A stretch of DNA of 64,000 nt. It comes from Mytilus edulis. Lineage: Eukaryota. Positions 39,901 to 47,950 of this stretch are shown here, piece after piece. The notes under the pieces were generated by a model. It was given only the letters and a program-made list of their open reading frames with translations. It searched no databases and had not been told where the DNA came from. The stretch spans positions 38,688,001 to 38,752,000 of the forward strand of contig NC_092346.1 of assembly GCF_963676685.1 (NCBI RefSeq), written 5' to 3'. The position numbers and the translations under genes are program-made. The stretch's first letter is position 1. Every line of letters starts with the position of its first letter.

Positions 39901-40526
39901 AAATATGAAAACGACTTCCGACCTCTATGTTGGAAAAAACGACCTGCGACCTGTACATTTACCTTAAAAACGACCTCGCGACCCTGCGACGAATTTAAAA
40001 TTGACCTTGCGACCTGAGAGGGGTATCCTGTGGGAGCCTCCTTCCTTTAAACCATACACAAAAAGTTGTCGAGGGAAATACCTTGATCTGAAATGGGTTT
40101 CAAATCTTTAGGTTCCGCGTTATTCAATTGTGACATTTTATGTTTTTACTTTTCCCCTGAAATTTACGCTATTTTAAGATCTGCGATAGAATAGGAGAAA
40201 ACAAAAATCTGCCATACAGTAGATTTGATCTGTATGTCGTTTGTAACGTAACGTCACATTTGCCATAGATTAGGAATCTGCCAAAGATTTGGAACCCGCC
40301 ATAGATTTGAATCCTACAGATATATTACAATAATAATTTTGCTTTTCAATATACAATTATTTACAAATAAATACCGACAGCACTTTGTGCTGTTTAATGA
40401 CTAAAACTAGACTCGAAATTAGACAGAACGCATATCAATTCTATCACTAATTGACATAATTCAAATAATAAAACTTACGCATTGTTTATTATTAATCTTT
40501 TTATATGTTATCTTGGGATCCATCAT
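729..40526 (-). CDS. SLCO: SLCO/OATP solute carrier organic anion transporter gene, 13 coding exons, ~628 aa (whole span)
   Basis: Exons joined by hand at GT-AG sites with consistent phases sum to 1887 nt (629 codons). Contains OATP signature DPRWVGAWWLG, N-terminal SLERQFKLPST motif, Kazal-like domain and C-terminal GTIPGPLLVGWVLDNAC. Subfamily not resolvable by eye; the first exon is less certain. Confidence 0.93.
2213..2277 (-). CDS. SLCO: SLCO exon 12 (VVDEDVKPFALGVEWVFIRLLG)
   Basis: cag acceptor, gtaagt donor, conserved OATP TM11 segment. Confidence 0.92.
3591..4201. mobile_element. Kolobok-type MITE
   Basis: TIR GGTAGATAGGGTGTCT / AGACACCCAATCTACC (15/16), TTAA on both sides. Confidence 0.85.
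4630..4811 (-). CDS. SLCO: SLCO exon 11 (GVWGNCSCI...TM10)
   Basis: cag acceptor, AG|gtaatt donor, NCSCI motif. Confidence 0.9.
5353..5488 (-). CDS. SLCO: SLCO exon 10, Kazal-like domain (CQKPCKCQYETFTPVCGIDNVVYYSPCHAGC)
   Basis: Typical OATP PVCG..YYSPCHAGC motif; cag/gtacgt splice sites. Confidence 0.93.
5821..6019 (-). CDS. SLCO: SLCO exon 9
   Basis: GTFGGGVIIRIFNL...GCPDVKLAGL; tag/gtaagt. Confidence 0.92.
6362..6660. repeat. HINE/pearl-like dispersed repeat with GACG microsatellite (related copy 17216-17420, fragment ~39140-39210)
   Basis: Shared ACAAGAA.GTGTCC...ACTTCAACTT...GACGGACG...AACATAATGCC between the copies. Confidence 0.65.
6910..7048 (-). CDS. SLCO: SLCO exon 8 (IKNPIFM...)
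   Basis: cag/gtaata; NP.F motif of TM7. Confidence 0.9.
8357..8442 (-). CDS. SLCO: SLCO exon 7 (cytoplasmic loop)
   Basis: cag/gttagt; phases 1 and 0 fit the neighbouring exons. Confidence 0.82.
8585..8945 (-). mobile_element. Highly decayed Penelope-like RT fragment
   Basis: Similar to the 54470-55085 copy (ATATCAACTGAGAGACATAAATTCCA, GGAAAGTT...ATTGAAAAG). Confidence 0.5.
9478..9599 (-). CDS. SLCO: SLCO exon 6 (IDPRWVGAWWLGF...FPKRLP)
   Basis: OATP superfamily signature; cag/gtaata. Confidence 0.95.
9762..10670 (-). mobile_element. 5'-truncated Penelope-like element (RT C-terminal tail plus 3' repeat)
   Basis: Minus translation RYKDIIRKYSSTCRLLIRSGISH...LNRLIKKGYSYDTVVRSL; the 3' part matches the abundant dispersed repeat (GGCTCCTGACTTGGGACAGG). 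Confidence 0.55.
12394..12499 (-). CDS. SLCO: SLCO exon 5 (GLTFSASAIGTAVGFLSG...YVEFDRVD)
   Basis: cag/gtatta; TM5-like segment. Confidence 0.9.
12709..16579. mobile_element. Non-autonomous Transib-like DNA transposon (3.87 kb)
   Basis: ~70-bp TIRs starting CACGGTGG; perfect 5-bp TSD GAAGT (12704-12708, 16580-16584); subterminal GTGCTGGTG repeats. Confidence 0.85.
15062..15328. repeat. Foldback / imperfect inverted repeat inside the Transib-like element
   Basis: CTCTTCTATAAA...TTGCTTGCTATG.TTGTTTGGATGTTT pairs with AAACATCCAAGCAAACATAGCAAGCAA...TTTATAGAAGAG. Confidence 0.7.
17478..17672. repeat. Short MITE-like repeat with TCGGGAT motifs
   Basis: GGGAGGCAGGA...TCCTACCACCC ends; repeated CGGGAT. 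Confidence 0.5.
18111..18308 (-). CDS. SLCO: SLCO exon 4 (…LHGVGFTTMFTLGSAYIDDN…)
   Basis: TLG..YIDDN motif; tag/gtatgt. Confidence 0.93.
18920..18961 (+). ncRNA. Type I hammerhead ribozyme-like motif within a retrozyme-type repeat (~18700-18990)
   Basis: GTGTTC-CTGATGA-AGGTAAATCCA-GAAA-AGCGCC-TC-GGACGC; stem I pairs, minimal stems II and III. Confidence 0.65.
19007..19323 (-). CDS. SLCO: SLCO exon 3 (TM1-TM3, SLERQFKLPSTKSALI)
   Basis: ORF 18993..19337; cag/gtaaat. Confidence 0.94.
19435..19640 (+). repeat. Penelope-associated 3' repeat (copies on minus at 46868-47095, 53850-54190, 54470-54690)
   Basis: ACGACGGGTGCCACATG..GCAGGATCTGCTTACCCTTCCGGAGCACCTGAG...GAGTTTGACTGTCCC. Confidence 0.8.
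19910..20095 (+). repeat. Degenerate retrozyme copy
   Basis: CAGGAATAGATAACCTTAGCT...CTGGTGAG...AAACGCGCGTCAGGCGT aligns with 53240-53440; core mutated. Confidence 0.6.
20618..20667 (-). CDS. SLCO: SLCO exon 2 (DDISEDLAWGYGPFKPR)
   Basis: tag/gtatat; G.GPF.P.C.Q motif typical of the OATP N-terminus. Confidence 0.85.
21181..21464 (+). repeat. Dispersed SINE-like repeat inserted with ATGTGTA TSD
   Basis: GACACAACTCTCCA...ATAAAAGGCCCC family; ATGTGTA at 21174-21180 and 21465-21471. Confidence 0.65.
22162..22823. mobile_element. Kolobok-type MITE
   Basis: Perfect 18-bp TIR GGTAGCACTCCACAGTTA; degenerate TTAA flanks (TTCA / TCAA). Confidence 0.8.
23426..24891 (-). repeat. 3' LTR of the Gypsy element (~1.47 kb)
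   Basis: Minus strand PPT ATAGAGGGGGCAA immediately before TGTAATG (24891); ends CGTTACA (23426). No second copy to confirm. Confidence 0.75.
25111..26184 (-). pseudogene. Gypsy accessory ORF3 with two C2H2 zinc fingers, basic/Pro-rich middle and acidic tail, broken by ~2 frameshifts
   Basis: CRHC..(12)..HVRNKH and CRYC...HEKARH; three consecutive/overlapping minus ORFs; acceptor ttctttatttag directly before ATG. Confidence 0.7.
27544..31326 (-). CDS. L1/Tx1 ORF2: APE endonuclease + reverse transcriptase + C-terminal zinc motif
   Basis: SLNVNG, CFLQETH, GGDFND, RIDMIL, TDH; KSPGLDG, NYRPISLL, DFSKAFDS, GIRQGCPLS, LADD; CNFC..EDYDHFFILC. Start taken at MASK (upstream in-frame ATG at 31344). 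Confidence 0.96.
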   Translation of the reverse strand: MASKFLINLSSLNVNGTKNKVKRDRVIEWIKCQNTSICFLQETHFNENIETEIRNNSNFDIFCSHGTTSSRGVAILIKKSLNYKLINKHNDVDGRLILLNVEIDESVFTLMCIYAPNCKSNRNIFFKKVNNTLKEQGIGITIMGGDFNDTMKAIDRKNARSEVKNIQSVNSLKSLIKTNNLTDLWRYSNKNKQQYTWRRKDKSQASRIDMILIGSDFIPLVECCKIKPAVIDSTDHQSVFMKFRTGASEKGRGYWKINNSILEDNDYIQLVNQEMESCFMGNRNLKNLGLAWDIFKIKIREATIAYCKSKAKFKRENLRTLEKKLERKLKIRDEQESENNVLDKDIEELENNIAKIYEQKAKGAQIRSREKWVEFGEKNNSYFLGLEKQRQVKKSINKLKGENGEILTDQSDILSNIREYYKKLYSTQNPDKTSSDKYIFETKLDKEMDKNDKSICDGDITVEECSDAIYKMKLNKSPGLDGLTVEFYRKFWDNLKFIVVNILNIGYKDQTLTYSQRTSVLTLLFKKGDPLSLDNYRPISLLNIDMKLLSYALAQRLKKILPKLIKEDQTGYVKNRFIGFNLRQIQDIIDFTDLYKIEGAIVFVDFSKAFDSLEWNFMFSVLKHFGFNESFIRWVKTLYSDIQTCVMNNGWISEVFKNTRGIRQGCPLSALLFVLSVEIMASRLRSNTDFKGIRVKLDCKNHTIKISQLADDTTLFCCSKYDVQVAMNEIEIFGSYSGLKLNRNKTEGLWVGKLKSCKDKIEGINWSNGPVKTLGIYFGHCTEECDKLNWENKIEKMNKLFYSWQKRNLTIFGKILIIKTLIVPIFTFVGSACRVSEKFLKEIEKSFFKFIWDNKPDKVKRNSIISPYEKGGLNMIDIRSYFTALKAMWVKRLVNDCEGSWTIIPQHYFYNFGSNWLVFQTNSGDKTDESIEKIPEFYKDIIKCWKLTGGGLTKKPETFTDIRKQILWNNKFIKFENKAIFLKYWIKSDLIYVNDIIDEKGCISQDIILNKLKNKSNWMAEINLVKKSIPKDWAAILKSENSIKSIVNIKRNQFILDGLPIKLEALTNKLVYKSLINKKIEPAIGPKKWLRIFDIDDVLYQNYLYKFLFKYLKENKLRIFRWKLLQHILPTKKLLCRWKIVNNSSCNFCTQEEDYDHFFILCPYLKLFWNKINKVLNNSKITFKVKLRHLVFGYKTSEEEYFDLNYFLTIVGFSIYKAYYISDQKTKNVNVYSIFRNEFNRRVCLKVKSNVLATIRKHIT
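31328..32506 (-). CDS. Extra 392-aa hydrophobic, Cys-rich ORF between ORF1 and ORF2 (putative multipass membrane protein, unknown function)
   Basis: 392 open codons in very AT-rich DNA; CAAAATG start context; several apolar runs of ~20 aa; stop 1 nt before the ORF2 ATG. Confidence 0.7.
   Translation of the reverse strand: MNTKKSFQLFIRVNFNVLMLLIVKLTIGHKCNSCACFYKCKLKTCILFKALLNYNKRYIKCEMYMSKRNILPTIFDFNEVSHEMHVCTMCIIALILFTTIVFTIGQSLKKIEQRIFIYIIIILLVSGFLSALFLAQVYTCCVLLIVNERLLTLSRTLNTILIFNFSLFRMYKYLPQCQRIHPYRLYCICSSIKYIFEVYLNVAVHVINPRYALLNILLNFLIDTSKISCEQFTFLVSIANTILKANDVVDIRYYPKFVYILHFTFSNKSMHTHNVNKTRISTRYIHSNSHCKAVTNHTWMLIISVSILLSIDFYKTRSKQTGKLNAVFTGSVFYLLPVILGSLMNCTFYVYRNRVIYIVDFYMIVINMCFNCIVCRHGQFCEEIIQLYETIL
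32612..33919 (-). CDS. L1/Tx1 ORF1 (gag-like, two CCHC zinc knuckles)
   Basis: CYKCLQVGHFVYDC and CRKCKLPGHKMMDC; RRM-like IIVKNVP..TGDR; first ATG at 33919. Confidence 0.92.
   Translation of the reverse strand: MMEPEIEALVKKMSKDRFKRLMEDMQGMQEELLDPEVDISNQNKTNMASYSDVLSNTNTNTNQNKTVVADYTTDESHDPSDYIKPIFLTDTDVFGSVKPPRPLWLTNIEIYNAIDTKIPAERIKGIQRIRDMWSIYMDNEEDKLSLLVTGMNLRGRQVPLHSQNPRNPGNLQPDTIRIIVKNVPISADDGQIHRALTLQGCDIQSLNRKRLRVKGKITNCQTGDRIIISKLLDKPIARSLQIGKYMAIVMHSGQPEFENRGSYSDGNTKPCYKCLQVGHFVYDCPNDWVCRKCKLPGHKMMDCPNAFQVVSNKEEQIVTTDESVTVDDSQSTEQTEKLNPKTNVANKPKGRNTKTTDTSSNNANKTNSAKPGKVKASMNETSSSNSDKAQSYIDKFMNTPQSQRRNLSQHHTPPTPPENLHDRTTGNNGPKKAKA
34937..38500 (-). pseudogene. pol: Gypsy pol (protease, RT, RNase H, integrase) with stops and frameshifts
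   Basis: LVDTGA; SPW..LVLVKKKD, YIDDII; LDTDAS, RELLAIV, VRTDH; H..GHLG, DIIGP, TDQGRQFES, DGLVER, WDGPY. Confidence 0.93.
38620..38950 (-). pseudogene. gag: Gypsy gag 3' remnant
   Basis: Degenerate knuckle VTCFYWGIKGHMKKTCR at ~38790-38740. Confidence 0.6.
40479..40526 (-). CDS. SLCO: Probable SLCO first coding exon (MMDPKITYKKINNKQC)
   Basis: ATG ATG ... TGC|gtaagt, phase 0 matching exon 2; lies just outside the nested transposon stack. Confidence 0.6.
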
Positions 40527-41112
40527 TTCATGAAATACACTTTATAAATTATTCGTGCACGCTTTTCTAGATTTACAGCATTGAACGTTAAAACCAAAAT
40601 GATTGAAAGCTATGGATCGATGTATAAATATATACAATCGTTAGGAGTCATACAAACAAGGGTATATACAAAGAAATTTTCTAATTCATCTAAGGTCAAT
40701 GTTGCCTGAGGGAGGTGAAACCTTAGTCTCGACGTATTTCGTAATTTATGAACAGGAAGTTTTGGAAATATATGTGATAAATCATGTCAGTACAACCGAA
40801 GCACTGACCACCGCTGACCATAGAGTACCCTCTTAGACTTACAGTTCACAGGCACTTAAGGTTATGGAAATGATCAACATAAATACCTTATCACTTTTCA
40901 GGTTTTCCGATTTGCTGGTATAACTTGATAGCGTCCCATTGTCATGTGAAGGAATTCCATTCTGCAATATCAGATAAACATTTCCATTACATAAAATCAT
41001 ATCAATGCTTCTTTTTTTAGCATTAAGATTACAGAATGTCATGTGAAATGATAGTGAGGTCTATAAGATACCTAAATGTGGTTGATTCCATTATTATAAT
41101 GAATGAGGAGAT

Positions 41113-41570
41113 TATAGGTTGCATTTCTGTAAATATTGACAATGCAATTTCCCCTAGGAACTCCTTTTACGGCTAAAACTGTACCACTTTTATTATGAAG
41201 TTTAAAAAGAAATCTTATCCTAGAATTGAAAGTTCATATGCACCACAATTTTTTTCAAAGGTCAAAATATAGGGCTGTGCGGCATATTTTCAACGTTTAT
41301 ATGCCCTGAACTTCTCATAGTTTAAACTAACACTAATTTTCTAAACTATCCCTACCTCGAATGAAAGGTTACCACAGATTTCAATGTAAACAATATGCAC
41401 ATGTATATTTACTGGTAACATTCCCAAGTTATGTCTCTGTGAGATGGAACACAGAGAGCATAACTGGGAACCAGTATGTAAACAAAATTAATTTTCTATG
41501 AATATTCAAGATCTCCCCAAAAGAGGCGGGTTTTGAAAAAAACAGCTGTATTTACAAAGTGCAACCTATA
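41113..41570. mobile_element. MITE TATAGGTTGCA...TGCAACCTATA (internally deleted second copy at 42774-42881)
   Basis: 11-bp inverted ends; first ~90 bp nearly identical in both copies. Confidence 0.7.
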
Positions 41571-44500
41571 CAAACATTTATTCAAATAGAAAACTCTCTA
41601 AAATCACTTTTTGTCACATTAATACTCATTTATGAGAATTATAGCCTTAAAGAAATCACTGCGTTTACTCTAAGTTTTTCTTTACTGTACATTTTATACC
41701 CCCTCCCCTGTTTCAATTTTTTAAAGAATTGGAAAACAAGACTTTAATTTTTGCCAGCTAACCCTATTTGCATATTTTCTGATAAAAAATGCCTAGAACC
41801 TGTTTAAAACGGTTTTGATAACATATTGAAATTATATCAGAATACTATAAATGTAATGTTTAGCAGTTAATCATTACAACATTCAAGATTATATAAAGTA
41901 TCCAATCCAGCCTCTGTCTCCAGTCACATCTTACTGTATGCCTATTTGTCAATTAAAGTACACATTTTCTGCCTCAAATGGTCAATTTAGAATTCTTGTT
42001 ACAACAGTATCATCTGTTACCATATATCTGACACAATTTAGCTAATTTTTGTACTAGAAGTGTTCAAACAAAGCCATATTTGCAATAATTATATGTATGC
42101 AGATACCAGTCTGAGATATAATTTCACTTAAAATGTTATAGAGATGACTGCTTACATCTGATTTGTCCAAATATAGTTATTGTTTTCTATATCAAGAGCT
42201 TTAAAATCATAAAATCATAGCATATTTGTTTTATGAACCAGGGGGTAGGCAATTTTCTTTGCTTTTTGCCACTGGGGCCTCAAATTACCTAAATCATTCT
42301 GCTGTTTCTAGCAATTTGGAATATTTAGTACATATCAAGGATAGAACACATTATTGTAAGCTTTCTTGAGATATTTTTGTTTTTCTAGCTTGTATTTATT
42401 ATGCTGTGGTGACAAAAAAGCAGAGTTAGTTGTTGCGGGTTACTTTTGGGTTATTGAAAGGACACAAACACCCCATAAATAATATTCAGGAAGGATCTAT
42501 GAGTTTCAATGACTGCGAAGAGTAAATATAAGCACTTCTTAACAATTAAACTTACAAATATGCAAATATTATGAATTATTTTGTATCCAGGACTTTAAGT
42601 ACACTATGCACACTGTAAACTGTGAATTTATGCTGAGTCATCATATTTAAGGCCCAGGAGTCTATCAATCTTCATTAAATATTTATAAAACTTCATATTT
42701 GAGTTAATTTCTTTAAAATCTGTGAAATAAAGAAAATTTGGTTAAATTCTGAATGTTCCCCTTTTTCGCCCTATATAGGTTGCATTTCTGTAAATATTCA
42801 CAATGCAATTTCCCATAGGAACTCCTTTTACGGCTAAAACTGTACCACTTTTACTATAAAGTTTTCAAAGTGCAACCTATATGTTCTAGTGTCACCTCTC
42901 AATATACCAGATCAGATATTGCAGCTGGCCATTTACGAACCCCTAAAAGAGTGGTTTCAAATTGTGTGTATAAGTTTAGAATGATCCTTAAACGTGGTTA
43001 CGTACTTGTATATCCCGCGCAATAATTTTCAAACAAATTGCCTTTTTGTGGATCAGGTCATATTGAGAGAATTAAAAGTTCTTATTGTATGAATCTTCGA
43101 TATTACTTTTCACTCAGTTGTTACCTGTGCGGGACTCTGTAGCACCGATACATTAATGATACTATTTTTCAAAACATTTTAAACTTTACATGACCTTGGA
43201 AGCAGTAATGAAACCAGTAATAAAATCTTGCATGATTTAAATTAAACATAAAAAACAAGTTCTTTCCCACCCGGATTTTCAAATTTTTATGCTATCGCAT
43301 TTCGTAATTGCCCAATTGTGTAAGTTATGGAATTTAAAGTAAGGATGATCATGGTCTTTGTTGAAATCTTTTTATAAAACAATCATTGAAGGATGACTAC
43401 AATTTATCCCATTATTGAAATAATGTTCTTTATCCAAAATGTAGATCAGGTTAACACTCACACGTATTGTGAAGATAATTATATAAGTTAGAAGGACAAC
43501 CATCAATGTGAGAAAAACATCATGATTAATTTTAAAATCTGTTTTTTTATAGGAGCCCCCCCCTTTTTTTTCCTCTTTTTTTGTCTTTGTTCGAACGTCT
43601 ACGTGCATAAGTTTGAAATTTGATTATTTATTGTCTCTGAAATTTCGATTATCTCGATTTTTCACTTTTTGAAATATTTTTTTCCATTTACATAGCATTT
43701 TTATTCGTATATATTTGTACCTTTTTGTTCATATCTGTTTTTACCTCCACCGTGACATCATTACACCCGACACCACTTTCAAAAGCTTTATTTTCAATTC
43801 CATTTGACTGAAATACAAAAGAAATTTTTACCAGCTATCAAATCTTCTCCGTTCATTGTAATAAACACGCTTTGATTTCAGTACATTGACAGCAACCTGC
43901 AAAATCGTGATATGATCGGCAAATTCCCACTTATTATGAAGAAAAAGTATTGTAACATTGTTTACCATTTTTAGTAATGTGGCTATACCTATTCACATGA
44001 AGGAATTCTTCTTTGGGGCGCTACAACTGGACACTATTTTCGGGAGAATTTTCAAACAGGATTCTGACTTTTGTATAATAATAAAAGAATGGAAACGGGA
44101 ATGTATCAAAGAGAGAGAAAAAACCAATAAAGAGCAGAAGACAGCCCAAGTGTACTCCGCTGTCGATATATGTAATCAAGAACCGTTAACTCACTCATAT
44201 AATGCTATATATATATATGCAATATCTAACAGCTGTAATTATTACTAAAAGTCCATGTCATAGAAAAGGACTTCTATCAGTTTTACCAATAAATATATGC
44301 GTTATTTGCTTTTCTACAGGTAGTATTTACATCAAAACTATCATAATTTAACCCATATATTCCATAAATACAAAAGTTGTGCATTGAACTTACACTACCT
44401 ACGTAACTTTGATCTACATGACATTAATGTTGTTTTTTTCTTCATCCTTTACAAACTTTATCAACCGCTGTTTTTTTCTTTCAAATCTGCGCAGTCTAAT

Positions 44501-46261
44501 AATACAGTAAATTATAATTCACGTTCCCGTCTATCAAATATCAATAAGTACATATATGTGTTGCAATCCATAAAATTATGTATATTTAGATATTTAAAAT
44601 TATCAGCATTTCGGAATTGAAATTAACGACCTCGTATATAAAATCACCCATTTCTTTTCGTAGATTCATAATACAAGGTCTCGTTGTTTACCATGATATT
44701 CGAAATACTTCAGTATAATGTAACATTCCATTTGTTAAGTTCTTGAAGTAACATCTTTAACTAATTTTGTAGATATTGTATTCCAGTGGCAAATGTTTCA
44801 TGCATGTTCAGGACGAAAACAAAGTAGCTATGAATATAATAGGTAGGTCCGGTAATAGAGGCCAACTTGGTTGCAAGTCGGGAATATAGCACTATACAAC
44901 GGGAAAATGAGGGTATTCTGGATAGGGAGAGAAGTATAGCCTTGCAACAGACCACCAAAATGCGTACTTATACATTTAACACAGCCAAACGGAAGCCCCA
45001 CTTTGACAAGGGTTTCACTGTCGGTTGAAGAAAGACCTGTAGTGACCATCCTGGCGGACGAAATAGATTGATCGACTCAAAATGAATTGAATTGTAAATG
45101 GTTTTTTCTTCTTTTTACTGTATGTTACCAGAGTTATCTAACATTCTTCTTGATGTTCTTTCTATGTGACATTCGATGCTCCAAACTCATTAAACCGACA
45201 TGTACATGTACAATGTTGTTATATTTCTGATCCCTAGTAATCCTTGGGATTGGAAATGAATTAAAAAAAATGCACAATGTCAGAATTTCTCGTGGTTTTT
45301 TAACATGGAGAGATCGTGACTTCCTTCCTACACAAAGCATAAGATTTAATATTTATATTCCGGAGAAACGTGTCTTCGCATTTATACATCCTTCATGATC
45401 AAACGACCCTCCCCCTAAGTTCATTTCACACTAGGGCCGTTTTTCTAATGTGTCAAAATTGTCGAAAATCAAAGCCACGTCAAAAAGTAAAATAACAAAA
45501 AGCAAACAACAGTTATGTACATGTTACAACATTCAAAATTAATAAAAGAGCAAAACGAACCCACCAAAAACGCCATGCCTTCAACAGAAACATGTTCAGC
45601 AATGATACATTTTAAATTATGGAAGTTTAATGAAAATATTTTAAGTTTTATATTCAGCCTCTTTAATATTTCAATTCCATAAAAGCAATCCTGTGAGTGA
45701 AGCAAAAAAGGGGGAAATAGGCCTTACGTCCTTCATTTTCCGATTTACCGCTTACTAACCACTCTCCGTTAGCATCTTTAAAAATGTCAAGTCATCATTA
45801 TTTTATGTAAATGGAACAAATCGGGATTTGCAATGAGACGTACATACACGTACATTAAAAACGAAAAAGATGAGCTGCATGGTTATACATCATGAATAAA
45901 TTATCCTCACTTAAATATTGATACTATATGTCTCATTGATGTAGTTCAACTTATAACATTTTTTTTAACTTATATGTGTAAATATTCACATTCTTGTTTA
46001 TTTTTTCCATTTGATTAATATATCCCTAAAATTTCAATACGTGCATGGTTTATGGCAGACCTCCCTGTGTTAGCAGTACATGCACACCAATACCGAAAAG
46101 CATCATACAAATCATAATATAGAATACTTTTACATATACATTATAAAAAATATTCATTATTAAAAAGCATTTTTGTGTGATTTCTTTGTCAGATGTTGTG
46201 ATGAATTGATATCTATAATTATACATATCAGAAATAACGGGATAAATAAAATATCTCTTAC

Positions 46262-46322
46262 CTGTTTCATAGCTACTGTGTATCGGTACAGACTCGTCAC
46301 GCCTCGGTGAATTCTATATATT
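46262..46322 (-). promoter_or_regulatory. Candidate TATA promoter and upstream/alternative first exon of SLCO (ATG AAA CAG|gtaaga)
   Basis: Minus strand reads TATATAGA (~46320-46313), a short GC-richer stretch, then CAG|GTAAGA; phase 0. Confidence 0.4.
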
Positions 46323-47950
46323 TTATTTACCAGACTTTTGACCTTATAAGACCTTAATGTTTACTTGTCCAGAGTTACTACTTCTGACCACATTGTGAGA
46401 AATTTAAAGTGATCATATTATTATATATATACCGAGGTGTGATAAGTTTGATGTCGATTGTTCGTAAACCAGGTGTACAAAGATGTTTTGTTATGAAAGA
46501 AAATTATAAGTAAGACATGGTAAATGAAACCGTCAGGTAAAAAGTGTCATGACCTCAGAATTTAAATGAAATAAATTTATTTTTAAACATTGAAACTAAT
46601 TTAGTTTTTTTAAGGGTTCATTGTACTGTTGTATTTGCTTTAGATTGAATAGTAATGATCTGTAGAAAAAAAAGATACAAGTTTTTAAAGAATTTAAGAG
46701 ACTTTGTTCTATTTTAGTATAGTTCAAAAATTCGTTTTATTGGTATATATTTTAATGTTTAATGTTTCATGTTAAACTGTAAAATTTAAATCTTGTTTGC
46801 TAATACTAATATTCATATTTCATATGATATTCGAATTTTTAAATCAATAGTTGAAAATATATGTATTAAAAGAGGGACGAAAGATACCAAAGGGACAGTC
46901 AAACTCATAAATCTAAAACAAACTGACAACGCCATGGCCAAAAATAAAAAAGACAAACAGAAAAACAATAGTACACACGACACAACATAGAAAACTAAAG
47001 AATAAACAACACGAACCCCACCAAAAACTAGGGGTGATCTCAGGTGCTCCGGAAGGGTAAGCAGATCCTGCTCCACATGTGGCACCCGTCGTGTTAAATT
47101 ATGTCGACAAAGAACAAAGGATACCTTGGACAAACTAGAAAAAGAAAGAATGTCTAATCAAAATGAACTACTAAAGTCAATACAATTAGGGCCAATTCAA
47201 AATATGTGAAAGAAAACAAACATTGCAGAGTAAAGGTTAATATGGTTGAGTGTGGTTTGTGTAGTTTTGGATTTTTTTGTCCTCAATGCACTTCAACTTA
47301 GTACACATGTACTTAATTTGATTTTTTCAACGCTTTCAATGAAAGCGTCCATAGTGGGCGTGTTGTGGACAAATCGCGCGTCTATCAAATATTTTTTAAA
47401 CTCGGGCATCTTTAATGAGTTTATTTAGAATTGAATAATTCTATTTGAAGTGTTATTGCAGTGTAAAAGCGTCGTAAGAGGCACATTTTGCATGAAGCGT
47501 TTAAGCCCTTTAAAATTGTCATAAATGATTTTCCTTTTCTATTTTAAGTGGGTTTTACAGATTCCATTTTGTACGATTTAATAGACCAGATTTATGTTTT
47601 AACATCATTCGCGCATTTAGGAAGCATTGTTACGTCATACTCTTGTTAACCGAGCGGTTAATAAATGTAAAGCAATATTGCAAGAACTATTCAACAAATT
47701 AAATTCTTATACATAATTGATTATCAGCAATGCTGTCATTAGAATTTGTATTTATGCCAGACTCATTAGTTAGTGACGGTCGAATCAAAAAGAATAACAA
47801 AAAGGCCAAATAAATTACGCCTAAGTTTGAGCATTAAAGACCAAAAATTCCTTACAGTTTTGCCTATTCAGCTTATGTAATCTATTCATGAGGAAGAAAA
47901 TCCTTAGTATTTCAAAAATTCTACTTTTGTAAACAGTTAATTTATAGTTA

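Larger units (their letters stand above)
22870..40040. mobile_element. TIR element GAGGCTCCC...GGGAGCCTC with AAAACGACCTGCGACCT subterminal arrays (superfamily unassigned)
   Basis: TIR 14/16; flanks TTTCCT / CTTCCT; same motif array at 22886-23015 and 39905-40016. Confidence 0.75.
21500..40318. mobile_element. Outer non-autonomous TIR element (Ginger-like, TGT..ACA), host of the nested stack
   Basis: ~70-bp TIRs (AGGACTCAAATCTATGG..TTCCAAATC..GATTCCTAATCTATGGCAAATGTGACGT at 21501; reverse complement ending CCTACA at 40318); GATAT on both sides; left terminal TGT damaged. Confidence 0.75.

Noticed and set aside
44780-45060. Possible additional SINE on the minus strand
   Set aside because: GC-richer and repeat-like, but no A/B boxes or second copy in the window to support a call.
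46813-47133. Recurring short ORFs (DLLTLPEHLRSPLVF...)
   Set aside because: Translations of a dispersed Penelope-associated repeat; the frames differ between copies.
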